Shown here: positions 11,655 through 23,700 of the stretch, in pieces | Position numbering within the stretch: position 1 is the stretch's first letter | Layout of the letters: each line of letters starts with the position of its first letter | NCBI RefSeq assembly: GCF_000150275.1 | Contig: NW_002060943.1 | Coordinates: 7,882,066 to 7,946,065 of the forward strand | Origin: Trichoplax adhaerens | Taxonomy: Eukaryota > Animalia > Placozoa | Reading direction: 5' to 3' | DNA: 64,000 nt | Program-made: the position numbers and the translations under genes | The notes under the pieces: generated by a model | Seen by the model: only the letters and a program-made list of their open reading frames with translations | What the model was told of the DNA's origin: nothing | Databases searched by the model: none

Positions 11655-14480
11655 ATGAGTTGTGAACAGTGCCAATCTGACGAAGAAGAATTTGAGGTAA
11701 TCGCTGCTGTTGCAGAGCTGCATTAACATAGTTTGAACCAGCTATTCAATTTTATACTTATATAGGAATACTTTTTTCAAGACATCGAAGTACTACAAGA
11801 ACATGGCATTGTAGGCAATGATATTATTATGCATCTACATTGTAGAATCATTTACCAATGTCGGTATTTGCTTAATCCTTGATTTTTCGCTTGATAGAAT
11901 TCTGCAGATATTCAGAAAGTTAAAAAGGGCGGTATTTATACTATTGGAGTACGTAGAGAAAATGTACCATTTTTGCAATTGACAATTGAAATTAGCTGTT
12001 AAAATGCCTACAAATAAGTGTCTTTCAACGTTAGGGTGTGCTCACGAATACCAAAAAGCAGTTATGCACTATCAAAGGAATTAGTGAAGCCAAAGTAGAT
12101 AAATTAAAGGTATAAATTACCTATTAAAAGTGCTAAATTATAACTGAGAAATACTCCTAAATTCATTTCTATGTTTTTCTTCGTTAAGGAAGCGGCTATC
12201 AAACTCTGTGTAAGCATAATTAAGACACTTTGATCTACCTGGTAGTACTACGCTTATAATCACTATCAGGTGTAGATTTATGACAAAACTGTACTTTAAC
12301 TGCGTAAAAAAAGGGCAACGGGTTCCTAACTGCACTAGAATATGGTGAAAAAAGAAGGAGAGTTTTCAAGATTTCTACTGGTAGCAACGAATTAGAGTAT
12401 GTTTCAAGTTCATGCAGCTTAACATTAGACTGGATTAAAAACAAAATACATTTTAATTTTTTTAACCTGTTGCGACGATGCTGCTCACCAATAGTACTAT
12501 ATTAGGAGGTAGGTGTAAATCTATATAGTACGAAATAAATTAAACAACAGCCAAATTGCTCAATATTTTACAATTTTTTAATTTTAATTGATGCCTGCAA
12601 CTTTAGGAGGCATTGAAAGTATGTCAATAACAGAATTTTTTGGAGGTGAGAAATTGAATAAATAGCCGTAATTATATACAAATTAATTCATCAGCCTCTT
12701 TATTATTAATTCAGAATTTCGAACAGGAAAAACTCAGATAGTTCACACAATTTGCGGTTTGTCTACTATACTAGGCGAAATAAATAGTAGCTATACTAAT
12801 TAGTTGATACACAGTTCTCTTTCCTTGAACTATTAAATACATTTGATTTCAGCTACATGCCAGATTCCGGGAGAGGATTATGAGGGTGGTAAAGCTTTAG
12901 TGTTGGACACAGAAGTAAGAAACGTTATTACCTCAGCTTACAATTTAACCGATTTGTTTATAATACTTAATAATAAATATTCAATTTTTTAGGGAACGTT
13001 GTATCCTAATCAATCTGGGTCTTACACAATTTGAGAAAATTTATAAGTTATGTGTAGAAGCGATACAGTTAGGCCTCTCTTAAGCTTACATAGGTTCTTC
13101 AGGCTTAACTCATTAAATAGCCGGCCCGATCGTCTAAGAACGATTGCTAATAGATTTGACTTAGATGAAAACGAAGTTCTCACCAACATAGCCTACAGGA
13201 GAGTATATAATAGTGAGTGATGCTGAGTATAAAGCTATGTTATGCAATAATTCCACGTAATTTATCAAAGTCTGATATTGAAGATATCGATGGACTACCT
13301 TTTAAATTTTCGCTGTGACCCACTTTATTTTACTATGTAGGTGAGCATTTAGCAACCTCGATTATTGAAGCAGCTGGGGAATTTTACGAAGAACGCAAAA
13401 TTTATAAATTGTTGGTATGTCGTACATCTTTGTAAATCCAATACGCGAAGGATTGTTTGCTTTACAACAAATAGCAAAAAAAATTTTTATTTTAGGTTAC
13501 ACTGTAGTATACCTTGAAGCTGAATAGCATTTAAATATTTTAGATAATTGATTCTTTAACGCATCCATTTCGTACGGACTTTTGTGGAAGGGGAGAATTG
13601 GCTGATCGGCAGCAAAAACTCGGTCAAGTTTTATCTAAGCTACAAAAAGTAGCAGAAGGTTGGTACTAACATAGTATGGTATTGTGACTGCAGTTTGGCA
13701 AGTAGCGTAACATAGCATGGCATAGCAACAAAGTATAATCATGATGATCCAGTCAAAATGATATACGTAAAATACGACTTCATTATTTGAATCTAATCTT
13801 TTTCTGCCTGAACTTATTTTCTTATCACGTATCACAAAGAGTTCAATATGGCGATAGTAATAACTAACCAGGCGAGTTATAGCTTAAAACTATTTTCTTG
13901 GACGTTAACTAATGTTATCTAACCGTTATTCATGCTTACAGATGGTTTCGGATCCGGGCGGTAAGTCGAAATCTTTGGAACAGATGTTATAAAAAACACG
14001 ATTCTCAACATTAATTTGAACTGGTTCTTGTAACACCATTAAATATTTGTAGCAACAATGAGGTATTGCCATAATCACTTAATGATGTTGTGTAGATATA
14101 GTAACTTTAATTGTAATTGTTTTAATATAAAAATTTCACCCTATGAATGATCTTAAACAGTTTGTAATTTCGGCTATTGTGCGTGTGGGTTAAAATTTAC
14201 TTAAATGCGTAAAGCTTTCAGGTCGATCCAAAGAAGCCGGTAGGAGGCCATATACTTGCACACGCTTCCACAAATCGTATCAGTCTGAGAAAAGGCAGAG
14301 GAGAGACTAGAATCGCAAAAATTTATGATAGGTCTTCGTACTTTCCTCTAATATTGGCGTAACAAGATTTAATTTTCGTAAGCTAATGCTGAACTATTGC
14401 GTTGTTATAGTCCTGACAGAGCGGAAAATGAAGCAATGTTTGCAATAACAGAAGGGGGTGTCGCTGATGCTAAAGAATAA
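11655..14480 (+). CDS. DMC1: Meiotic recombinase DMC1, 19 coding exons
   Basis: Exons: 11655-11696, 11766-11810, 11898-11948, 12035-12109, 12189-12209, 12314-12396, 12495-12508, 12607-12645, 12715-12756, 12853-12914, 12993-13000, 13121-13212, 13341-13414, 13544-13658, 13840-13871, 13942-13960, 14053-14062, 14215-14331, 14411-14480. The joined frame is open: [22 protein letters not shown] (Walker A), [76 protein letters not shown]…DAKE*. RQQKL, DPGA-M-F and GGHILAH are DMC1- rather than RAD51-type. Confidence 0.96.
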
Positions 14481-15199
14481 GAGTTTTACATTGAAGACTG
14501 AGAAATACAAGGGATCACTGATAGAGGTTATCAGGGATTAAAGTTTTTTGAGTTTTGGTGTTAAGATCAAATACTGTTTATTTTCATATATGATGTGACG
14601 TTACTTAAGAGCAGGTGTGTTAAATTATGATTGATAGCTAAACACGTAGATATGTTACAATTACGATATTATCTTGCGAATTTAAGAATCTATTAAAATT
14701 CTTATACCACAATACTACAGAGCTATATGCCATTGATGTCACTTAAAGTAAAAATATTTAGATTACAAGTCTCCATGTAACAGGCATTCTTCAGTTATCA
14801 AGATGTTGGTACTCTACCCTTTAAAGTCAGCATAAATTTCAAAGAATAGATTATACAGCAGTAACGCTTCTTCATCAAACCGGTTTCATGCGATCTATAA
14901 GCTGACCATAGTTAATCAGCTTAACCAATTGCAACTGTACAATTTACAATTCACACTAGATTCGGTATAGTTTATCGGACATAGCTTATGCAATCAAGAA
15001 ATAGCAGAACCAGAAGTAATATAATATAAAAAATAAATTCATTTAAATTTACTATTATTCGACCTATAATTATTTTACTTACATTAATAAATTGCTAAAA
15101 TCTATATTAACAGTATCCTTTGTTACCACTCACTGCCAGAATTAATGCAGTAAAATTAAAATTAAAATGTCAATACTGCGTTCTATAATCTTATAGGAC

Positions 15200-16656
15200 C
15201 TAAAAATTGACCCAGCCTACACTCTCTGCAATGCCGCATACATTTTTTCCCATTTTTATATAAATATACCCATGATCGCCAAAATCTTCACCCCAGGAGT
15301 TTCTAACTATCCAGTATGGAACAGGTGCATCAAGTTTATAACCGACAACTTGCACAGCATGATTCAGTACTTTCCCATCGCAATGATGCTGTATGATTCC
15401 ACCGACGTAATCCCTCCAGCTAGTAGCATCTACGGCTATGGATAAAGGACCATTTTGATTTAGAGCGGCAATCATGCTACTTGATTCTTGGTAGATGAAA
15501 TTGCTAGTAGTAAACTTCTTTAAAATGATGCCTGTGTTGGTTGCATGCTTCACGCATTTGTCTCTTTTGCCTAAATACGGATTAGCTGATTCTGTTTCAA
15601 GGGGTACTCTATTCTTAGTTAGCCAGTTGCAGGCTAGGTAAAACGATCCTCCCCGACAACCACCATCCATATTATCACATGAAAGTAGCTGTTGAACACT
15701 AAGTTCTGTGAATGAATTTCCTAAGTATTGCGATAGAATACGTATTCCTTAAGATGCATCTTTAAACTGGTAAAGAAATGTTAAACTTTTAAGACTAGAA
15801 AATAAACTCAAATGAATAAGTTTTGAAATTTCTATTTTGTGCCACAACTTTCCTATTGCAATAATTCTATATTATCGATATAAGCTGGAACAACAACCAT
15901 GCTCTTCATTATACGTACGCATATTTGTAGCCATGCAAAATATAATCGTACGCGTATTTGTAGTCATGTAAAAATATAATCGTGCTGTACTATATAATCG
16001 AATTTACGGGCAACTAATGAAATTGACGTGTGTGCTCAAGTAAGTGAATTATATCCGTTTCAGAAACTTACTGACTCAGTAAATAAATTAGGAAATATGG
16101 GACTAAGTCATCTTAAATTTAGGAGCACAAGTTTATACTGTCAATAAAGTAGGCAATCCAAAGTACCATTCTTACCAGCTAATGCCCAGGCGCTTGCAAT
16201 TGTTTCGACTGTGCTGAAAGCCCAGCAGCATCCGCAGCGACCCTGATTCCTTACTGGGCCAACAATGTTACGCTTGTGTTCTCTCCAATCAAGGCTGGAG
16301 GGAAATTTAGCAGTAGACAGAGAGTGGTGTAGTTCAGAATTGACAATCTCTTGCGTAGGAACTTGTCGGTTGCCTAGTAGCTCTTTAAATTCTTCATCAG
16401 TCCAATCTGCGAATTTGTTGACGCCGTAAGTGGCACCATTGGCATTCGTTGAGGCGATACGACGAAAGTTTTTCTTGAAAGTCTGAAAGCGAAATTCATG
16501 TTCTTCCTTAGTAGTATAGTTTCTATTATAGTCTGTTATAAAACTTTTGAATCTTGCTAGGAGATCAGTAGGGCTGTGAACAGATTCAGACAAAACTAGG
16601 CTTGTAGAAATCAATATAAAAAGGGTCGCTTTTACAATAAAAACCTTGACGTCCAT
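15200..16656 (-). CDS. CTSO: Cathepsin O-like papain (C1A) cysteine protease, 2 exons (16656-16176, 15720-15200)
   Basis: Signal peptide [23 protein letters not shown]; ERFNIN- and GNFD-like propeptide motifs; [11 protein letters not shown] (catalytic Cys), NHAV (His) and YWIVRNSWG (Asn). [14 protein letters not shown] and [10 protein letters not shown] are cathepsin O-like. The GT-AG intron 16175-15721 joins in frame. Confidence 0.93.
15914..15983. repeat. 33-bp tandem duplication in the CTSO intron
   Basis: CGTACGCATATTTGTAGCCATGCAAAATATAAT is followed by CGTACGCGTATTTGTAGTCATGTAAAAATATAAT. Confidence 0.8.
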
Positions 16657-16710
16657 CTTTGTTGTTGTTATGTAAGCACTGAGCAGTACTGGATATGAGA
16701 TTGGATCGAA

Positions 16711-17006
16711 GTACAGCACTGTACAGTGTACAGTACCGTAAAATAAATGTACAGTACTGTACAGTACAGTATTATAGTTACTGCGTTTCTTTACGATGGC
16801 AAATTGGATCCAATTTGTTTTTTACTTTTGTACAGTAATCTACAATATCACGTGACTATGTTAACACGTATACTGTACGTTGTACAGTCATAAAGAACTA
16901 TTTTTATGAGAATTTTGGCCCACTGTGTAGTGTACTGTACTGTACGCTGTTCACTGTACAGTATGTAAAGACCAGGGTTTTACATGTACTGTACAGTAGT
17001 ACTGTA
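16711..17006. promoter_or_regulatory. CAGTA/TACTG pentamer cluster in the CTSO upstream (divergent promoter) region
   Basis: Dense TGTACAGTACTGTACAGTACAGT-type runs 55-350 bp upstream of the CTSO ATG. The regulatory role is inferred from position. Confidence 0.55.
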
Positions 17007-18871
17007 AATTATGGTCTTTATAAACTAAGCTATTAGAAATTTACTGCTTTTATCGCGTAGTATTTCAACTTCGAAGTAGTGTGATTGGCGCTAAAAGCGC
17101 CATTTTGCATATATCAAATTTATTTCAATCACATTACATACAGTATTGTAGTATGCTTCATGATAGAAAGAGTTCGTTCACAGTAACTTAGGTGTTACAA
17201 GCGAAGGAGTACTATCATAATTATGGGTAAGTACTTCAAAGTGAAAAAAAAATTACAAGTTATGACAATATTAAAATAATAAATAAATATCAAACTTAAA
17301 ATTATGAAATCAAACGAGATACCGTTGTTAGTAGATTGATTGGACTGAGCTTGCACACGTCCGTAACACTAGTGTTACACTACTATGACTAGACGATGAC
17401 TGAGTGACGATTGTTAAGTAGTGGTTTACCATAGTGTACTTGCCTAGACCTTGTACTAGCCAATCAGGCGTTCCGCTATACGTAAACTATTTATATTTTT
17501 ATTATTTTTATTTACAGGATATCATTCACTCTTTCTCTCTTTCATCTGGTCTCTCAATAAAGGATTAGAGACTCTAAGATCACTGGTTACATACTATAGA
17601 TTACTAAATTAGCATGGCAGCAAACTAAACTGATCAGCTCATTTCTCAGCTTACTGTACGTATGCTGAAACATCAAGAGATGATAACACTTGTTTCAAAA
17701 TAAACTCCATAACCGCAAATATTCATCCATCAAAAGGTATTTATACCGTGCGATAGTGAGATTGCGCTAGAGCTGTAGTTCATTTCCAACTCTGGCTAGA
17801 TTTCATTCAACCTAAGTGATTCAGAATAATTTTGGTAAGTCTTTTAGTACTATGGTTTATGAGAATCGTGATATGTGATATCTGCGATTTGTGCGGGCAG
17901 AAGGTAGACCCATCAGAGGCATACGAAATGGCGGGTATGATGTATTTTTGCTTATTTAGCCAATTATTAATTATAGTTTCACAGTACGCATTACTATTGC
18001 CTCACCTAACTTGGCCACTGCACAGTAGAAAGCGTACTATAGTTACACCTGTTTACGGTTACTATGGAGCCACTACATATCGTTTTACTAAAATCTGAGC
18101 TGTGGTAGCCTGTAGAGCTCAGCTCGCCGATTGAATGTTTTTCCGTATTTTCGATACTACAGTTATAAAGCGACTAACGAAGATAACAATGACGATCATT
18201 TAATTGATGCTAGAGAATAGGTGAATATTTGATAACATCCTGGCTTCTTTTTACCGATAGTTTCACAATTTGAACTGCTTTGTAGTATCAGCAGACTGTA
18301 TTCAAATCTAAATGTGAATCAACGAGTTTTAAACAAACTGTATTATATAATGAGATATAATAAATCAATCCAGATACGGTTGTTGTGATTGTTATGAAGA
18401 TTTTTAACTAATTAATTATTATTATCATAACAAACGAGATTTTGTCATATCACCGCCCAATAACCGCTATTTCATTCAGCTGCGGTAGCGAAAGACGATG
18501 TAAAACACAGTGTATCAGCGCATAGATGTGAGTTTTAGTAGTTCACAATGGGATCGTGATCGTGGGAGGAGTTTTTAGGTTCTCTAGTGAACCATGCTCC
18601 GACGTCTTGGCAGTACCGTACCATAGACTAAGTGACATTGGAATGTTACGCTGCAAAAAGCTACTTTAAGCCTAAGTAGTAAAAAATTATTAAAAGAATC
18701 AACTGCAGTATGGTTTAAAATTTTTTGTTCATTCTTTCTTCGTGGTACTTTCTGTTATGATATAACAGCAACGGCAACTGAATTAATCTCCTGGAACACC
18801 GTGCTCAATAAGTTTTATGCCGTAAATCAATCAGCGTAATTACAGTAATATTGAACTATCGTGCCTACCAA

Positions 18872-19045
18872 TACAGCATACTGTAGTAGTGTACACTGTA
18901 TAGTACTTACGCACTGTGTCAGTACGTCACAGTACTACACTGTAGAGTGCGTACTGTACACTGTACACTTTATACTGTACGTATTGTACTGTACCTGTAA
19001 TTGCAAACCGTACCGTACCGTACCGTACTGTACTGTACCAGTACA
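18872..19045. promoter_or_regulatory. CAGTA/TACTG/TACCG pentamer cluster upstream of a putative LHFPL 5'UTR exon
   Basis: TACTGTACACTGTACAC…CCGTACCGTACCGTACCGTACTGTACTGTACC, followed by a candidate non-coding exon ending at donor AAG|GTAATC (19307/19308). The matching acceptor is TTTCCAG at 20478. Confidence 0.5.
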
Positions 19046-20796
19046 TTGGCGTAGAGTACAATAACAGCAAAACAAACAAATTACAGAATAATAAGAGAAT
19101 TAAAGCGAGCGACCGATTGATATCACATTCAGTCGATCATTAATAATACGATAAAAGCATCCAGTTCTCTTAATCGTGTTGTCAGATAGAAATTACATAT
19201 TCTCACTCAATCGATAAATTTCCAAGCAGATCGAGGCAGTTAATAGCTGAATTATTGAATTAAGTTTGCAGTTGTAATACTAGCAATAATTCAAGAAGAG
19301 TCGAAAGGTAATCAAAACATTTGATTAATCTCTAGATACGCGTATTAGTGATTTAATGATGCTGTTAAGAATTATTATCTGTACTTAAATAAGCATAGTA
19401 TAGTTCATTAATTAATATATTTCCTTGTCCATTTTTTTACCCTATGATTGGCAAGAAAATCCTAAATTTACATTACTATATCCTTATATTATGATATACA
19501 GATAAAACTCTTTAAATTCTTAACTATGTTTGACTGTTTAGTCCATATTGTTTTTAATGTGGTAATGTGACACTATACCTAGTCGATAGTCTAAGTAGAG
19601 TTGTCATAGTATTAATTATAATTGGGATATTACAATACGCTTACGTATAGTACATATAATAAAAAAAATAAAAAAAGCATTAAACAAGTCATGGTATCAG
19701 TCAGTCTTGGTTGTTCTAAACCTTTTGCGGCATTATATGAGTAATTTTAAATAAAAAAAAGTTGTTTTGGATAGTTTCACATTGAAAGAGGATTAGTTAG
19801 TATACGTTAAGAGATTTAAAATATAGTATACCAGTAATATGCTACTGTTGCATGAGTACTAGCATCTGATAATTACTTCTTACTTTGTGATTGTTGAAAG
19901 GCATTATTTTTCGAAGTAGAAGAAGACTAAATTATTAGCTGAAATTGGTAAGGAACGAGTAAGTCGCTAGTTGTTGCTTTTATTATCAGAAAAGTAAATA
20001 TATATATACATATTTCACTGTGTGTAGATATTAGTTGTTACTTTAGGCTATATTATCAGTGGAAATTTTTAAAGGATGTAAAACTAAGAATAAAAATTTC
20101 AAAATAATATCGCCGCAAATATTAGTCTTTGCTATACGGTAGATGAGACGTTATTAATATATGTACATGTAATATTCATTGTGTAAAGAAGCGTAGGCAT
20201 AATTATTGGTAAGCAGCAGGAATCTTAGGGTAAACTAAAGCGGCTACTTACATTAGGTGAATCATATGGAAGATAGTAGTAAATCTAGCTTAATTTGTTA
20301 CTATGATTCTCGTAATATAAAAAAGCTATTTTCGGTAAATATATTTGTCATCGTATTCTCGTTTACAACCTCTTTTAATATTTAAGTAAGAGAATGATGA
20401 GTACATCCCATCGTTAGGTAAATCTTACTTTGTTTACTAAAATAAAAAAATCTAAGATTTTATCTTTCCTATTTCCAGTTTGAAAAAATAGAGAGGTACT
20501 CTGTTTGACCCCAGTTAAGATACTTAGATCTGCTGAATATATTTGCTTTAAATTGGAATTGACAAACCGAGAAACTGCCTCGATTCCAGTCCGGCTAATT
20601 CAAACAATGCTGATATGAACAAGAAATGATTCCAGAATATCACTTTAATCATTTATTTACATCGGCTTGCTAAATTTAAAATCGACGATTTTTGATAGCA
20701 ATCAAAGGATTCCAGAATTATAAGCTTCGATTGGGAAATTTAAAATTGTTGAGTGAACTATTACAAATTGGTGAAAATTTTTAATTTACTGATGCC

Positions 20797-23700
20797 ATGG
20801 ATAAATCAACGCCTCTTCGCTCATTAAAATTGTCTCGATTCGGTCATTTATGGATTTTAATGTCATCTTTAGCAGCTGGTGGCTGTTGTGTTTCATTCTA
20901 TTTACCCTACTGGTTAATTGGCTATTGGAATAAAACTACAGTTACATTTGGCACTTTTCGTGCTTGTAATTACCCAGGAATGGTTTATAATAGGACTACC
21001 GCTGCCTTAGGCACAACAACAATTCATATTTGTGCCCGTTATAATGACTTCAATGATATCCCAAGTATAGCCTGGAAAGCTTGCACTATTATGCAGGGTG
21101 CTTCATGTGGTATCTTACTGTTAATCGCTTTAATTGGTCTGTCTTTCATGTGTATTAAGGACGTATTAACTAAGAAAGCAATTAGGGTAGCTGCCATTTT
21201 ACAACTTCTTGCAGGTCAGTCAAAAATGTAAGACAATGCTACCGGAAACACAATTACTGTTGTCCTTTCGACAACGATCGGAATATAAGGACGTATAGAT
21301 GGAATAGTTATTTTTATAATGGAGAATAGCATTTTTAACATTAGAATCAAGTAATACTTTAGTAAATTTGAATCCTCAGGAGTAAAATCGTTAGGATCCG
21401 CTACGGTATAGTATTTAAAATTTTACTTCTTAAAATTGATCAAAATCATGCTAGATGATGAGTGAGTTTTAAATTAGTACAGGCCTCAACGATGTCTCCA
21501 ATAATTAATTATAATACTATAAATAATGAATCACTATTATTCCTCGTCTCTCTTCCCGTCTACTGTCTCGGTGAAATTATAATCAGTAAAGATCTAATTT
21601 CACTGTGCTAGCATATATTTTCACCGATTATAATAATTATTATATTTCGTCAAGGTAATCTTAATATTAACGGAGTGATAACATAAAAATGATCATGACA
21701 GTAATTGGTGTTGAACCTTTTGTGAGTTTATTTGAAAAGAGAATGGATTGATTACATCACCAGCCTAGAGAAATTGCTAAGTTAATTGAATTTGTTGTTT
21801 TGAACAACATGATTGCTAGACATATTGCATAATACGTTATACTCTGTGAATCGATTATTCTATTGCTAATGGCTTTGAGTATTTGTCTTTCAAATTAGAG
21901 GGTCAGTGCTACGGAGCAAAACCAATTAAAATCTCTTTTATTCCTGTTCTGATATTGTCTCTCTCATCGATTATACTTTCACGACAGCGGCGACACTAAA
22001 ATTATCCGAAAATAGATTATGGCTTCAACAATTTCATAGATAATAAATAGCACTAAAATAGCTTAACATGCATCGCACGACATTTTTTTTACATATTTTA
22101 CCCTTGTCTTCTACCAGGGTAGTCCAGCGCTATGCTATTATTAAAGCATATTGTCTTCCGCTACATTAGAAAGATTTCCGATCTCCACTAAATTGTTAAA
22201 AGTTGTCCCAACAGTTAGATTGGGTCTATACATTAAAGCCTATTCTTGTTCCGCTTCCATTCTTTTACTAACTATTAACAATCCTCATTTATTAATTAAG
22301 TAGGTAGTTATATTATTCTTTTGTATTTGCGCTTTTGTTAACGTGTAACCGACATTTTGACTGTAATCAGTAGTTTTTCCGTTCTCTAGTTAATCAATCA
22401 CGCCATGATAATGCGCCTATACTATATTATGCGTTTATAGCAACAATTACTGTGCTGTGCTTAGCTGTATGTTTACGCTGAGCGAATTCATGTATCACTG
22501 TTTACTTTAATACGCATTACAGTATTTGTTGATAGTGAAGAAAAATGAACTTATTAGCAGCTCGATGTGAAGTAACATGTGGATTGTGAAAAATCTTTCC
22601 TTGCATTATTATCAACCCAAATTTTATCATTACCCCTTAACGCTGTCATGCAATTAGTTGCGAAGCCATAGTAAAACTATTTCTAATTTAAATTCATATT
22701 GGCATAGCCTTTAACTAAACTGTTTATTAGGATTCTATTAAAATTCATACGGGATTACTAGGATTATGCTCATGACTACGAATTTCGAATTTCTTGACTT
22801 CACGCTGCGGTGCGACATCAAGAGTAGTTATGAAAAAGTTTAATTTACAACAGTAACAAAGTTTCGATATAAGCTTGAAATGATATCTTTATGAAGGTTA
22901 ATCCATGGACTCAATTTATACCCACAGTATTATTAATTGTGATAGGATCAATTTTCTACCGTCGGTAATTTTTGATTGATACTCCATATTAAGAAAATTT
23001 AGGTACAATAGCAGTAAATGGAAGGTGGTAATCAAGGAAAAAACAATGACATTATACAGAAAGAGTTGCATTGTAAAAAAAGAATGATACATTTATGAAG
23101 AAGCGGGCAATTTTTTGGACACCCTTGGGTTAGGATGTAGAGTACTGTACTGATCTGATTCTATTTTCCTAGCTAAATGATCATATTTAATTTTGATCGT
23201 TTCAGTAAATATCAATACCGTAGTTCATAGATAGCCATTTATTACCCAGTTATGAGCAGTGTCTAATGGTCTATTAATGTACACTTCGAAATATATAATG
23301 AACCATCTCAGTACATACTGTTGTAGTATCGCCGTATTAGCACATAAGCCTAAGTTATGTGTAGTCATGCTCTCACTCGGCTGTACTCGTTAACCTAAGC
23401 TCTTTTCCATATCTTTCTATAATTTAACAACTCAAAAAGATATCATCCTCTATCAATCTCCAGTAATTGCAGCATGCAGGCAGTATAGCTCTGTATCCGG
23501 CTTTTTGAGCCTTTGTCGGATCGTCATCCGTTGTGATTACATTTAAATAAATAACTGGCTATCATATCCTAGTCGGTATGTGAGTTCGCGTCAGAACCAC
23601 AAATAGCTGTTATCATTTTTGAAACGCTATCATCATTGTCCTTTCATTATTCAGCATTGTCGAAGTCTTCTTTATAGCTGTTGAATAGCTTAAAATATTA

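Noticed and set aside
11655-14480. Calling this gene RAD51 because of DTEGTF
   Set aside because: [32 protein letters not shown] and terminal DAKE all favour DMC1.
18861-19064. Cys/Thr/Val/Tyr-rich ORFs here and at 43919-44173
   Set aside because: They are translations of the TACTG microsatellite (YCTVL repeats), not proteins.
23110-23130. TTTTTTGGACACCCTT as a transposon right end
   Set aside because: It lacks the expected terminal GTA and no matching left end was found nearby.
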